Assembly: GCA_051294905.1 (NCBI GenBank)
Contig: CM119372.1
Span: forward strand, 26,846,001 to 26,910,000
From: Botryllus schlosseri
Taxonomy: Eukaryota
Reading direction: 5' to 3'
DNA length: 64,000 nt
In this document: positions 63,408 through 64,000 of the stretch, piece by piece
Position numbering within the stretch: the first letter of the stretch is position 1
Layout of the letters: each line of letters begins with the position of its first letter
Made by a program: the position numbers and the translations under genes
Notes under the pieces: model-generated
Databases searched by the model: none
The model's input: only the letters and a program-made list of their open reading frames with translations
What the model was told of the DNA's origin: nothing

Positions 63408-64000
63408 CACTAGTCTACATATATTTCTAAGCAGATAAAGTAAAGGTGGTTTTGGGGGTTCTGAAAAGCACTGATTCCGAACATGACATTAGTTTTTTTT
63501 CAAATTGGCTTTGATTTTGGAGATAACTCATGGGGCATTTTTCCCTAACATCTCATCTTTTCGCTCTATGGACTATAGTAGAAAAAAGCTTAGTGGTATT
63601 ATAAAATTCAGAAAGTCAATCTACTTGTTATTTTTACACAGTGAAGACTGTTTTAAATCAAAATACACCATCATCATTATATTTAGGGGTATTAAATGTA
63701 TCATAATTGAACAATTTCACGGATATAATGTACATAATAAAACCCCAATCATCAGTATCAACCTAGATACTTAAATAACGCTGTAATTATTCAATAAGTT
63801 TTATGTCAAAATAATATGTAAATTCAAAATAATCAGCTGGATTATAATATTGATAATTTATCTTGAAACAAAATTATTTCTTGTACGATTTTCGCTTGTA
63901 AGCAATTTAGTGCAATCTCGCGAAAGGTCCCAGCAATAGTCTGTCATAATACGCTCATCTCATCTGTTCTGAATACTTTGTTTTGTTGTTTTGATGTCTT
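63408..64000 (-). mobile_element. Chapaev3-like transposon 3' end (continues beyond window)
   Basis: CAC terminus (cactagtctacatatattt); colinear with 41517-42110; minus strand QDIKT...IMTDYCWDLSRDC. Confidence 0.75.

Overview
AT-rich eukaryotic (animal) genomic DNA. The NACHT/LRR sequence style and repeat repertoire suggest a marine invertebrate, possibly an ascidian (inference). No prokaryotic features, CRISPR, rRNA or true tRNA genes were found. The backbone is a plus-strand, multi-exon NLR-type (NACHT-LRR) gene that looks pseudogenised: the 1440-bp NACHT exon (30936-32375) has two in-frame stops and the next exon (38803-39222) is also disrupted. Candidate N-terminal exons lie at 13.4-14.0 kb and candidate LRR-region exons out to 56.1 kb. 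Introns and flanks are filled with DNA transposons. These include many non-autonomous hAT-type elements with readable 8-bp target-site duplications (TSDs), some nested four deep; a TIR/TSD-complete but decayed THAP/P-element; three Chapaev3-like remnants; and two tRNA-derived SINE families. The most unusual object is an 11.8-kb element (15252-27080) with terminal inverted repeats embedded in (TA)n tracts. It carries a spliced gene resembling zinc-finger/tyrosine-recombinase element proteins, with the catalytic middle apparently deleted. All family assignments come from motif recognition by eye and need database confirmation.
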